Shown: one piece after another, positions 1-12,689 of the stretch
How the letters are laid out: each line of letters begins with the position of its first letter
Position numbering within the stretch: position 1 is the stretch's first letter
DNA from: Ginglymostoma cirratum
Taxonomy: Eukaryota
NCBI GenBank assembly: GCA_024137785.1
Contig: JAHRHZ010000039.1
Location: 62,001-126,000 of the forward strand
DNA: 64,000 bases
Reading direction: 5' to 3'
Program-made: the position numbers and the translations under genes
The notes under the pieces: generated by a model
Told to the model about the DNA's origin: nothing
Seen by the model: only the letters and a program-made list of their open reading frames with translations
The model's database searches: none

Positions 1-1085
1 GAAGCTGAGGACTTTCATCAGAAGGAACATCACCGGCACAGTGTCATCGGCCACATCAAGCTGATTGGATTTGTTTTTTCTCTATTTTTCCTCTTGGTTA
101 TTAAAAGTTAAGGCTACAAACTGACAGAAGTTTTTGCAGCATCTGATTCAATTCAATCATCATTCAATCATTCATCATGACAAAATGTTATGATAGTATG
201 AGAGTTATGGAAAAAAATAGTCATCTTTCAGACAGGGTCATAGCATTGTGTGGTGCTTTGGCTGACTACTATGTCTGACTTCATTCTTGGAGCTGGAATG
301 AAAATGACAGTCAATCACACAGTTGATGATGGGAAGTGAACATATATTCATAAATGTGATAATGTAGTTACAATGAAGTTTCAGAGCAGGCTGGCAGGGC
401 CTGGTGATGTGGTATCCTGTAGCATTCTGCGGGGTGGTATCCTCTGACATTCTGTGGGAAAGGGGATAGCCCTCCTCTCCATCACCCCACCCTCCAGGAC
501 ATCCAGGACACTGTCAGCAAATTGAAGTGCCAAACTTGCCTCTACCAGCCATCTTCAGGGGCAATTGTCTACACACTGCAACTGTGAAGGGCTCCTCCTA
601 TCTTACAGCATATGAACTTGTGCAGAGCTGGGCTTTAAATATAGTAGCAGCAGTGGGAAATCCAGAAGGTCTCATCAGTGCCGAGTACTTCTGACTAGTA
701 AATGCAAGATAGGGCAAAAGCAGCACCTTGGAGATGTCGTGCATATTTTATGAGATGAACAACACAATATTGTAAGAGAAAACTCACTAGGGCTTATGGC
801 AAGAAACTCTCCATGAAAATTCCTGAAATTAACACACTAAATATTGGGAAAACTCAGCCTCTTTCTCAAATGTAAGTTTTATGGCCTTTCAGATATATGA
901 ATGTGGTTTTCAGGTTCTAAGCTCAACTCAGCACTCCGATAATAGCCATTAATTTTGTTTTCCAGTACCCCCTGCCAAGGTTTTATACCTTTTCATCGAA
1001 CTACACAGAGAATCTTACATTTATATAAATATCATTGCCCCTGGCTTTTATCTTGATACTGATTTTTTTCCTCTTATTGTTGCAG

Positions 1086-1168
1086 AGGTGTACTCATGGA
1101 TAATAATATATTGTGTATGATCCTCTGGATTTCTCACCACTTCACGATGAAATTGAATTTCACTGAAG
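1086..1168 (+). CDS. Candidate first coding exon (signal-peptide-like) of an unidentified gene
   Basis: Strong acceptor ttttttcctcttattgttgcag, ATG at 1096, open frame MDNNILCMILWISHHFTMKLNFTE(G), donor AAG|gttggt in phase 1. Confidence 0.4.
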
Positions 1169-2385
1169 GTTGGTTTGTGCCTGTGATATGCTGTAATTGC
1201 TTCTTTGTGTGCTAGGCAGGATCATACATATTTTTAAAAATGCTATGTCTGAAAATCTCCTTTTAACATGACCTTTGAAGAGCAACATGTTGCCTCACCA
1301 TAGCTCAGTATTTTCTGACAAACGGCCTGTGCTGAACTGCTAACCTGCTTTTTAATAAAAAACAGGTTGCTCTGTATTTCTGTTTAATTTCCAGTTTCTG
1401 GCATTTGCACTTGCTTTTAAGACCACTTTTACTGTGTAATTGTTCACAATACTATTGTCACTTATATTCATTATTTAAACTAACTACTTTGGCAAAACGT
1501 TGAAGACTGGGATTTTCTCCGAACTGAAATTGGCCACCTTATCAAATGCAAGCAAAGTACCTTTCCCCGTTCTTTTGAGTTCAAAATCTGATTGATCTGC
1601 CTGTTTAGACATGATAATGGTACACAATATCATACGGTAACTATTGGCTCCAAAAAGTGTACTACCTATTTAGACCTCAGGGGAAGTTCTATGGGCTGCT
1701 GCGAGCAATGAATTGTGGGGAGTTATTATTTAAAATTCTAAATTGATATAATCTACTGAAGATAGTTTATAGTAGCAACAATGCTGAAAAAAATCATAAT
1801 AATAGTTGTCAAATTAAGTCGAAAGAGTGAATATAGACATGACTGATGCTAACCCAATGTAATATGCCATTGAAACAGATAGAACATTCATAATACACAT
1901 CATGATACATTGATGTTGAAGCCAGTATTTAAACCTGCCAACTGGCATGATTTGAAAAATATCAGGCTCAGGTTTGGTTTCCCTTTGGCTAGATAGGCTG
2001 CCAACACTCATTGCCTACACTGATTGTGAATGAGTACACAGGAAATGATTTTAGGCTATAAGGTCTGGATAGCAGCTACCAGTCTAAGAGATACTTCTTC
2101 ATTGATATATCACTTTACTAATGGTAATCCATCGACCTGCAATTGTTGGTAGTGATCCTTACTAATGGCAAGTGCATAGCAAGCACATCTGGATCACACA
2201 GGTATATGTTCAGATGGTTCTGTATTATAACATCAGGATAAAAATAAGTATCAGAAATGAGTAAACCCTCCAGAAGGTGGGCACCAACATTTTGATCACT
2301 AATAGAGGCAGAAAATCCCCAGGAACGGTACAGAAATACAGTATTTCTATTTAGCATAATTTGGAATTTAAAAGAAGTAACAAAA

Positions 2386-2886
2386 TGCAGTACAAGGGTC
2401 CAGAGGAGGTTTACAAAAATGCTCCTGGGGATGAAGGGCTTGTCACATGAGGAGCAGCTGAGGACTCATCTGTGCTTGATGGGGTTTAGAGGAATGAGGT
2501 GGAATCTCATTGAAACTTACAAAATACTGAGGGGCCCTGGATTGAATAGATATGGAGAAGATGTTTCCCTTAGTAGGAGAGATTAGGTCCACAGGGCACA
2601 GCATCAGAATGAAGACATGGTCATTTAGAACTGAGATGAGGAGGAATTTCGTCAGCCAGAAGGTGGTGGATCTGTGGAACCCTTTGCCACAGAAGACTGT
2701 GGAGACCAAGTCGCTGAATATATTGAAGACAAAGATAGATAGAGTTTTGATCAAAAAGCAGACCAATGGTTATGGGGAGAAGGCAGGAGAATGGGTTGAG
2801 ACACATATCAGCCATGATTAAATGGCAGAGCAGGTGCAATGGACTGAATGGCATAATTCTGCTCCAATATCTCATGGTCTTGTGGT
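2386..2886 (+). mobile_element. CR1-clade LINE 3' fragment
   Basis: ORF 2552-2821 FRTEMRRNFVSQKVVDLWNPLPQ matches the CR1 ORF2 C-terminus; 3' UTR ends in atggtcttgtggt. Confidence 0.9.
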
Positions 2887-3179
2887 ATTGCTTATTAAAA
2901 TAATTGAAAACACTATTGGAAGAATAACATGCAACATTGCTATAATGGAGAATTTAAAAGTGTGGACACATTTTAAGTCAGCAGCATTGAAAACACATGG
3001 ATTTAATGCAAGATTATGAGCTTGAAGACAGCAGATTATAAACAGAATTGAAATGTTACAGTTTAATAAACTGTTCTGATGAAATGAGTAAATTCAACTA
3101 TCAAAAAAAAGGAGAAATAATACTTCGAAAAATATTTAATGTGAGAGATGGGCCAAACTAAACACAAATTTAGACATCT

Positions 3180-4620
3180 TGGAGAAGACAAACATTAAAA
3201 CGCAAAATGACTTCAGACCTAAGCAATAAGTCAGAGACTGGATAATGGTATATTTAATGGCTTCTATGGTGGCTAACATTACCAAATATCAAAGGAAATA
3301 CAGATACTTTTAATGAAGTTTTAATAATTATAATAATTTTTAATGGTTGTAGTTTTGATAATTGCTTACATCTGAGGACAATCTGAAATGAAATCAAATA
3401 ACTAGCAAAATTTAACAGAAGACTTCTGTTTCCAGCAATTTCAGTAATGTTCTCTACAGCTACATGGAAATCTATGACTATGGAGCCTTATAATCAAGAG
3501 GAAATAGAACTGTTGTCAGAATTATTGATGACTCTTTATCAGATTACTTAGAGCCAATGGAAGATTCAGGTTTAGAAAATGCATTCATCAAGTTGAAATC
3601 AGAAAGATGCACAGGCAGGTCCTAAGAAGATAAGAACAATTCTACCTGAGGATAGCAACAGAAACTATTAACTGTATAAAGTCTCTAAATAGACATGTGA
3701 CAATCCAATACAGAATATAAGTCAAACAGAAGGTGCTAAGCCTCATTGTCAACACAACAAAGCCTCACAGGCACAGACAATTTCCAACCTTAATAAAAGA
3801 ATACTCTATCCATAAAACTGTTGGTCAACTCCAAAAATGCATAGAAGTAGAACAATTTCAGACAGCAAGTGGCCAAAATTTTATTCTTATAAAGTAATAA
3901 ATGCAATGTTTCCACCTCTGTTAGTAAAGACTCCCAGATTAGATGTTCTTCCTTCATTAGAAAAGATACTAGGACTTTCTGAAGAAATTACTGGTTTAAA
4001 CAAAAGTAGTTATTCAACACATTCAACTTAGCCAGACGTATTTATGTCAAAAGACAAACTGGTTAATTTTAAGTTTGGTACAGAAACAAGTGTCCTTCCC
4101 ATTTCAGATCAAAAAACATGGCTGAAGTTACAGCTAACTACATGGTCCAAGTTGAGCAACTTCCAAAATCAAATGCTGCAAGGAATACTGCAACATGAAC
4201 AGCACGCAAGGGTTGAAGATCACAATCAACAGTCCTCACTTTTGAGACTTTATGCATGCTCTGGCCTCAACTAGCATGCAGTTGCAGGAGGAACACAACT
4301 AAGCTCAAGAAAATAACTTCCTTAGAAACAAAATGTTATTAACCAACTGGTCAAAGAGCAGGCAGTAGAAATAATCATTGGGCTTCTCAGATACATGTAA
4401 GGCTGTAAGTCCTTTCCTGTAGACAGCATAGAAGGAAGACAACATTCACATATTCATGGAATGGTGAAAAATAAGAAACTGCCTGCCCTGAACATCCAGA
4501 TTATTGCAAAAAGGAAAATTTCTGGTCAAATCAAATAGCAATTGCTTCATCAAGAAATCCAGGCTATTACAAAGAAGAAGGTATTTGCTTCAACAAAGCA
4601 GCCATATTCCATAATGAACA
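3180..4620 (+). mobile_element. Highly decayed Gypsy-like LTR retrotransposon internal remnant
   Basis: A-rich pseudo-coding stretch; ORF 4044-4274 LVNFKFGTETSVLPIS resembles the retropepsin motif V.FKLDTGAS. Confidence 0.4.
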
Positions 4621-5629
4621 TTCATGAGATTATAAGATCCTTCAGATGACTTTATGGGAGAATTAACTGAATTAGGAGTGAAGAGTTTCTCTGCAAAAGA
4701 CATTCAGCAGATTAATAGTCCACCAACTACTAGGTTCCGTGACAAAAATTGGGACGGGGGCGGAGATTATATCAGTTAATGTTTCGGAAAGAGTTAACAT
4801 TGGGTGAAGCTAATGCAACTTTAATCTGATGAGGTCATACAGTCTTTGTGTGGAGTTAATTTTGCATGAGGTCCTGAGAAATACACATGTCATATCTGTG
4901 TCTGATATTTGTCATTGTGCCTAATTAATTAATGCTAATTGTACCTATTGCCAATAAACTTCCAATTTAATATAAGACAAGTATTTTCTTCTTGTTAAGA
5001 CTCAAAAGTGATCTATCCTCCACCCTTGATAATAGCTGGGGCCTTAGTCTCAGCAAGGAAAAGAGGATTGGTGGCAGCCATAAGTCATTAGTGGTTGGTA
5101 ACTAGATGGCAAAAAACATTGGCAACAAGTTAACTAGAAATATCACAATACTAGTGTTGCATGGTTTCTCTCAAAACAATGATAAATGCTAGTTATGTCC
5201 AAAAGCTACAACAACGTTAGATGTTAATCACAAAATTTAGAAGTTCTTGCCCTTGATGTGCTGCTCTCTTCTTTTAGCTTTGTGAAACCAGACTTAGTGC
5301 TCAGCAATGAAGCAATGACCCTCAACACTGACCTCAAAGTAAGTCTTGCACAGATATGAGGCAATCCACTTATGGAATATCACCTTTGTTGTAACTGATC
5401 TCTGCATCCTATACTATACATTTCCAAAATAGCATTAAGCAATGTTATCCGTCCATCCAAGTTGCGAAAGAATTCTTACAGGCCCAAGCAGAAGACAAAA
5501 AGCAGCAAGATGAAATCTTTTTTCTTTACTTAGAGCAAATTAAAAATTGGAAAATATGACAGTGAAGGCAGGAAGTACAATGTTCTTTAAGAAAAAGATA
5601 AATTATTTCAGCTTAATATAGCTATATAG

Positions 5630-5780
5630 AAACTAGGGATTAGGCCACTCAGCCCTTTGATCCTGCTCTGATATTCATTAAGATCATGGATAATCCTCTA
5701 TCCTAATGCTGTATTCCTGCATTTTCCTCGTACTCCTTGATGCTTTTAAAAGCTAAAAGATTTATCTCTCTTCCTTGAGC
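5630..5780 (-). mobile_element. CR1 3' tail fragment
   Basis: taggccactcagccctttgatcctgctctgatattcattaagatcatgg is the reverse complement of the CR1 3' UTR seen at 2800-2886 and 52000-52087. Confidence 0.7.
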
Positions 5781-6757
5781 AATGCCATCCTTGGTATCAG
5801 CCCAGTGAGCCTTTCAAACATCTCTAATAATTAATCATTTTGCAGAACTTCATGATTCATAATTATGTTCTCAGCCCCAGTTGTGTTAAAAATTCTACTA
5901 ATCACAGCCACATTAAAACATTTGGACTCAATTGAACAACATACAACTTTATAAAGTTTCAAACAGTGATGTGATGTGGGAATAGGAATACAGAAATGCG
6001 AGGGGGTGATGCTGGTGATGGTGAGTAACTACTGTGGGAGGACACAGCACAGGTTGTATCAGAGTCCTAAGTCACAGACCACACCTTCAGGATTTTCTCC
6101 CATTGTTCCGTATGCACTTGGTATCCTGAAGTTGTTCTCAGTTTCTGAAGGGCAATGACTATTAAAATACTTATTAGTTCTTAGTGACCTACCCTTGGGA
6201 TCAGAATCAGAACCGTCATTATTTCTATTTTAAATTATTAACTTGGATTCAGTATCAGATAATAAATTTATCAAGTGCATTGTGAAAAAAATCAAAGAGG
6301 AGCATTTGATTCAGGTGAGATAGCTTGAAAACTACAAACTAAATAAAACAAAATATATAATGTGGCTGAACAATGGCAGATGAAATGTAATGCAAAAAGA
6401 ATAAAGTGCTGGACATGGAAAGAAAAGGTCTGAAACTGCCTTAAGCAACAATATTTTTGAAATTGTGGCCAGCCCAAGAATTTGGTTTTCTGACTTAATA
6501 TTGGCCTTAACTCTCTGAACTGCTATGGATTGGATGCCTGATTGATTACCAAAGACCCAACTGATGGCTGGTCCTCAAGATGAAACAAAGCTCTTTGCTG
6601 TGATAGTAGGTGACCCACTCACTGCCCAAAAGCTAAAAACCACACAGGGACTTTAGTCAATTCCTAAAGCAACCTGAACTAGCATTTGCAATGAGCATTT
6701 CTGAGTCCAAAATTATCTTCCAAACCAATTTAGAATTGTTTCCAGTTAGGTCATTCT

Positions 6758-7310
6758 AGACCATAAGGCCATAATGAATAGGAACAAGAGCATACCACTT
6801 GGCTCTTCAAGTCTGCTGTGCAATCAATAGGATCGTGGTTGATCCGATATTGCTCATGTCCACTTTCCTGCCTTTTCCCCGTGACCCTTGATTCCCTGAT
6901 TTATCGAGAATATATCTATCTGAGCCTTAAATGTACACAAGCACTCTGCCCCCACAGCATTCTGTGGCAAGGAGTTCCAAAGACTCACAACCCTCTGACG
7001 GAAGAAATTCCTCCTCATCTCAGTCTTAAATTGACACCCCTTTATTCTGAGACTATACCTTCTGATCCTAGACTGTCCCACAAGAGGAAACATCCTTTCA
7101 ACATTTACCCTGTCAAGCCCCTTAAGAATCCTACATGTTTTAATGATATCATCTATCATTCTTCTAAACTCCAACCTGTTTAAACTTTGCTCATAAGACA
7201 ATCACTGCATACCAGAGATTCTCCTAATAAATGTTCTTTAACTACCTCGTACAAAATTATATCTTTCCTTAAATAAAGGAACCGAACTGCTCACAGTACT
7301 CCAAATACTG
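6758..7310 (-). mobile_element. CR1-clade LINE 3' fragment
   Basis: ORF 6854-7201 FKTEMRRNFFRQRVVSLWNSLPQ; tail agaccataaggccata. Confidence 0.9.
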
Positions 7311-7909
7311 TTTAACATCTGTTAGATTGTTTTTTGTTTCTAAAAAAAAATCTTTCTTCCCATGCTTCAAATTGAATAAATTAATACTGTCCATGTTTCT
7401 TCATTTTTCTCAAGTTAATTTTTTTGGCCTATGTTCAAGACTAATCCCTTTCTTGTCAAGCAGGATAAGCTGAGGTCACCGCACACAATGTTTAAGCTGC
7501 TGCAGAAAATTATAAGCCATCCAGAGAGGCTGTGCACATTTATCTGTCTGAAAAAATCCTCTCTGTTATCTTGCATTACTTTTCGATCAACGGACAGGGC
7601 AGAACTGCTGAAACCAGCACTCTCATCACATTTCATAAAACTTAAGCAAGGCTGGTACTGCATACCATCTATGTACTGATAAACATGTTATGGTTTCCAA
7701 TTCATCGACTGATTAAAATGAATGTTGAAAAGGTTTTATACTTGAAGAGATATATTATAGCACCATGTTAAATTTGTAGTTGTATACGATTTGATGATAG
7801 CTCATTTCTTTTTAAAAAATCATAAATCATATTTTGGCTAGTGGGAAGAGGAAGCCTGTCTCTGAGAGTTAATGGGTCAGAATTTGCTGTCAAAATAACA
7901 CTAACAAAA

Positions 7910-8310
7910 TTACATAGGAGAAGTGGGCCATTTGGCCCTTTTGAGCCTGCACTACCACTTGAAAAGATCATGGACAGTTGGTCTGCATTTCAAATTTATG
8001 CAGTCCTATCCACCGCTATAACCTCGAATCCCCCGCCCAATAAGAATATAACCAACTCCATCTTAAAAATATTCAATATGATCGTCTGCCCTGACTTCTG
8101 AGGGCTTCAAAGGCAGACAGGCTTCAGAAAGAAAAAATAACTCTTCATCTGTGACTTCAGATGCAGCAGGAGAGTTTACCAAAGGAATGAAAGATTATCA
8201 GGGATGAGCAGGAATGTAGGGTTGAGGTTAAAGTCAGATCAGGTATGATCTTATTAAATAGTGGATCAGGCTTGAGGTGCCAAGTGTCTGACTTGTCTTC
8301 CTTGTTCATG
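7910..8310. mobile_element. Two opposed CR1 3' tail fragments
   Basis: About 7910-8160 minus-strand tail (ataggagaagtgggccatttggccc) and about 8190-8310 plus-strand tail (gggttgaggttaaagtcagatcagg). Confidence 0.6.
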
Positions 8311-8504
8311 TGTAAGTGTGCTCTGCTGCTTGAACCTTGCTGTTTTCACACCATCGGCATCATTTTTAGATTTCTGCTGTGCACCAGTTCAAATGCTGCA
8401 AGACTGGTATTGCATTTCCCAGCTCCAGTGAGGGAAGAATTACCCAAAATCTGGTCAACAGAGGCAAGTTGCTACTTTGCTGACCAGCAGTGCTGGACAA
8501 GTCA

Positions 8505-8755
8505 AAAAGTCAAACAGCACAGAAACAGACCCTTCAATCCAACTTGTCGATGCTGACCAGACACCCCAATCTGAACTTGTCCCATTTGCCAGCATTTGGC
8601 CCCTATCCCTCTAAACCCTTCCTATCTATATATATCCATCCAGATGCCTTTTAGATGTTGTAATTGTACCAGCCTCCACCAAATCCTCTTGCAGCTCATT
8701 TCATACATGCACCAACCTCTGCATGAAAATGTTATCCCTCAGGTCCTTTTTAAAA
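8505..8755 (-). mobile_element. CR1 (or partner SINE) 3' tail
   Basis: acagcacagaaacagacccttc...ccctctaaacccttcc is the reverse complement of the tail at 57060-57196. Confidence 0.8.
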
Positions 8756-8756
8756 C

Positions 8757-9064
8757 TTAATAAAAACCAAAAGAACTGCAGATGCTGTAAATCAGGAACA
8801 AAAACAAAGCTGCTGGAAAAGCTCAGCAGGTCTGGCAGCATCTGTGAAGGAGAAAACAGAGTTAATGTTTCAGGTCCGTTCTGAGGAAGGGTCACCGGAT
8901 CCGAAACGTCAACTCTGTTTTCTCCTTCACAGATGCTGCCAGACCTGCTGAGCTTTTNNNNNNNNNNNNNTCCTTCACAGATGCTGCCAGACCTGCTGGG
9001 CTTTTCCAGCAACTTTGTTTTTGTACCTGATTTATAGCATCCGCAGTTCTTTCGGTTTTTATTT
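8757..9064. mobile_element. Fold-back (palindromic) Penelope-related non-autonomous element with hammerhead core; contains assembly gap
   Basis: aataaaaaccaaaagaactgcagatgctg at the left and gcatccgcagttctttcggtttttatt at the right are inverted arms; N-run at 8958-8970. Confidence 0.8.
8878..8913 (+). ncRNA. Minimal type I hammerhead ribozyme motif
   Basis: gtt-CTGAGGA-a-gggtc(accg)gatcc-GAAAC-GTC-aac: intact core, stem II, palindromic ACGT stem III, 3-bp helix I. Confidence 0.6.
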
Positions 9065-9432
9065 AAAAATGTTTGCTAATTCTAGTATGTTCCATGCTCA
9101 TCTATCCCTGCACACACATTTCATACATAATCATTAAAGCTTTCAGGTTATGTGTGTGAATGTGATATGTGTGTGAATTGTTGTTAATTCTTGGGATGAT
9201 ATCCCTTCTCTGGTTTCAGGGAATGTCTTTCTGTTTGTGTCCTGGAGGCAAATGCAACTGGTTTCCTTCCTGCCTGAGTGATGCTCCATATTCCACACTG
9301 CAGGTGTCTCACTGTAAGGTGACTGCAATGTCAACATTGCAACATGTCTCAAGATAGACATCGTCGTCACTAATTGGTTGAAACGAGTGAAAGTTACATC
9401 TTGTTCTGTGCCCCAATAACTCTCAAAAAACA

Positions 9433-10198
9433 AAGATTAAAGAACAAAGAAAATTACAGCACAGGAACAGGCCATTAGGCCCTCCAAGCCTGCTTCGATT
9501 CAGATCCCCTATCTAAACCTGTCGCCTATTTTCCAAGGATCTATATCCCTCTGCTCCCTACTCATTCATGTATCTGTCTAGACACATCTTAAATGACGCT
9601 ATCGTGCCCAGCTCTACCACCTCCGCTGGCAATGCGTTCCAGGCACCCACCACCCTCTGCGTAAAGAACTCTCCACGCATATCTCCCTTAAACTTTTCCC
9701 CTCTCACCTTGAAATCGTGACCCCTAGTAATTGAGTCCCCCACTCTAGGAAAAAGCTTCTTGCTATCCACCCTGTCGATACCTCTCATGATTTTGTAGAC
9801 CTCAATCAGGTCCCCCCTCAACCTCCGTCTTTCTACTGTAAATAATCCTAATCTACTCAACCTCTCTTCATAGCTAGCGCTGTCCATACCAGGCAACATA
9901 CTGGCGAACCTCCTCTGCACCTTCTCCAAAGCATCCACATCCTTTTGGTAATGTGGCAACTAGAACTGTACGCAGTATTCCAAATGTGGTCGAACCAAAG
10001 TCCTATACAACTGTAACATGACCTGCCAACTCTTGTACTCAATACCTTGAATGATGAATAAAAGCATGCCGTATGCCTTCTTGACCACTCTATCGAGCTG
10101 CATTGCCACCTTCAGGGTACAATGGACATGAACACCCAGATCTCTCTGTGTATCAATTTTCCCCAGGGCTTTTCCATTTACCGTACAGTTTGCTCTTG
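9433..10198 (-). mobile_element. CR1-clade LINE 3' portion (RT C-terminus)
   Basis: ORFs 9960-10280 (LYRTLVRPHLEYCVQF) and 9558-9959 (LEKVQRRF...FFTQRVVGAWNALP); aaagaac tandem tail. Confidence 0.95.
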
Positions 10199-11354
10199 AT
10201 GGAGAGATGTCATGGGCAGTGAATCTCTTCAAAACTTTATTCAGATCCATTGGATCTAATGCATATACTAAGCTTTCCATGTTTACTCACTGCTAACATA
10301 TTGCTATTTCAATATGTAAGAGTTGACACTTCCTTCATTACTCTTTTCTTTTCAAATTAGATTTGAGGGTAGCTCCGATTCTCCTTGGCAGATGTTGAGT
10401 TGGTCTTACCCTCTCACCTACTCTGATATTCACTAGGTGGACACCCAAGTCGAAAGAATCTAGAATCTGTTCAGCAGTCAATGGTCTTGTATTCTGTGAA
10501 CTTTTATAGTGTACATACGGTTACCAGTCCAAGTTTCGGACTAGTTAAATGGATTTTTCTTAGAGTTTAGTCCTGGAATTACAGATCTTCATTCTTCCCA
10601 TCTTATTGGTCTTTTATCTTTACTTGCCCTCTTGAGGCAATTATCATTTGATCATGTACTCTCAACATTACATTTAATGGCTCCATTTTGGTTATTATCT
10701 TGTGCCACTTCACAGAGGCCAATGAAACTCATCTTGTTCCATCTAACACCCATGTCTATCTGACCTTATCTGACATGTTTTCTGGTGTACAGTGACTCAT
10801 CAGAAACATTTTACAATATCTCTGCAGGAGCTTTGCTTTGCTTCTTTCTATTAATACACTTACACATCAAGTGATTCAGCTCTTGTAGTTAGAACGCTAC
10901 TTTCCTCATGCTGGGTATGTTTTCTTTCCTTTCATGTGGTGATCTCCATAATGCTTGTACTTTGGCACTGATCATTCAGTTGAACATTCTGGAAATATTA
11001 CTTTTTGCATCAAGCATTTATTTTTTTTTTCATTGTGTTGTTCGTGATAAGCCTGGACAATCTTTCAGCATAATGCAATGCCTTGTCTGTTCTCCCCTGT
11101 GGACTCTGTAGCTGACGATTGACAAATTCTATTTCTAGTACATATTCAATAGCTTCTTTGAGACTCAGTTTATCCTCTCTCAGCAATGTGCAGCCATGGC
11201 AGGATTATTTATTCTTAAATTAATTCTATCTCTGATAGAGTGATCTTTCAGTTGCGCAAATTGATTAATTCAATTTGATATCTCAGCATTGTCACATTGA
11301 TCACTATTCATCCTCTCTTCGTGATCTTTGACATTAAAAACATACTATTCATAA

Positions 11355-11442
11355 TAGAAATAAAAACAAAAATTGCTGGATAAATTGCTATTTCTGTTTT
11401 TGTTTCTGATTTCCAGCATCCACAATCCTTTCGGTTTTTTTG
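11355..11442. repeat. Internally deleted fold-back element (same family as 8757-9064)
   Basis: aaaaacaaaaattgctgga...tttttgtttctgatttccagcatccacaatcctttcggttttt. Confidence 0.65.
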
Positions 11443-12424
11443 CTCATAATAGTATCATGGAGTGTTCAAAATAGGTCTTTAAATCTTCGGTGTTTCTCTA
11501 GTCTGGATTTTCTCTCCTCAGTGAGGTCTAGGGCGCAAGAAAGCCTATGGCAGTCTTTTTGATAACATATTTGCCATTCTTATTTGTTTGGGTTTTCTGT
11601 TTAACATTGTTGCAATCTCATAATTTTGCTATTGGGAGTAGAATTTTCAATTCTGTCCCACATTAGATTTCATCTCCACAGGAATAGGGATCAGAAAATT
11701 CACAACCACACTGAGACCCCTAGTCATGCAGAGTTGCAGTGATTAAAACAAAACTGTAGTGCTTCTTATATTAACTGGCTTTCTTACAGCTCTCAACATC
11801 TGACTTTCTTGTGCTCACTTCTGACACCGTGGCTAATGTGTAGGCATTAATGTGTTCCAGCTTCTCTCTCGATACTGAAAGCAGCTACATCCAAAGTCAT
11901 TTGGCAAAGAAAAGGTACAACGTACAGTTCACAAATGAATTTCCCCAAAAAAGTACACATTGAAGGAATGGAAACCCAATTGCCAATGAATTTTTAGATC
12001 ATTTCCTCTCTGAGCAATCTTTTTGGCATTTCACTTATGAGTCTCAAAACCATTTTGGCTGTGTTTGCTGACACCTGAGAGATGCATGGTAGCAGTGAAA
12101 TCTTGAAGTGAAGTGTGTAATAAACCTAAAAGCACCAGAAAATGTTTAAAAATAATAATAAAGATAAAATAAAAAATAAAAAGAACATAATAAAATTCAA
12201 GTTACATTTTTTTAAAATCAGCTTTACATTGCACATGCACATATGCTTGCATAGTCTGAAAAAAGAGGTCAGTCTGTGCAGTCAGAATTTACCATTGTAC
12301 CATTAGTGTCAGCAGCCACTTCTTTCATCCTTGTCCGTCCTTCACACTAGCAATAATGTCATCATAAGACAGGATAGAACTAAATACCGTCTTCATTCTT
12401 AACGTGCTCAGTACCATTATCTTA

Positions 12425-12590
12425 CACAGTATCTTCTTCCCCGCTGTTATCAGACTTTTGAACAGACCTCTCAAATGTTAATTTTGATCTTTCGCTCTGT
12501 AACTTCTCTAACGCTATATTCTACACTCTGTATAGCACACAAAACAACACTTTTCACAGGATATGTGACAACAATAAATTAAATTCAAAC
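12425..12590 (+). mobile_element. Rex1/Babar-like LINE 3' tail
   Basis: ttcttccccgctgttatcagacttttgaac = FFPAVIRLLN, a typical Rex1 ORF end, followed by gtgacaacaataaattaaattc. Confidence 0.6.
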
Positions 12591-12689
12591 TCAATATCTC
12601 CTCCAAGCCTGTTTCCCATAATTGATATGTGTATTCATGCATATAATTAAATTTATCACTATCTCATACCCCCACGTCTTTGACTTCAC

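Noticed and set aside
8920-9000. Apparent tandem duplication tccttcacagatgctgccagacctgctg around the N-run
   Set aside because: It flanks an assembly gap inside a palindrome and is most likely a contig overlap artefact.
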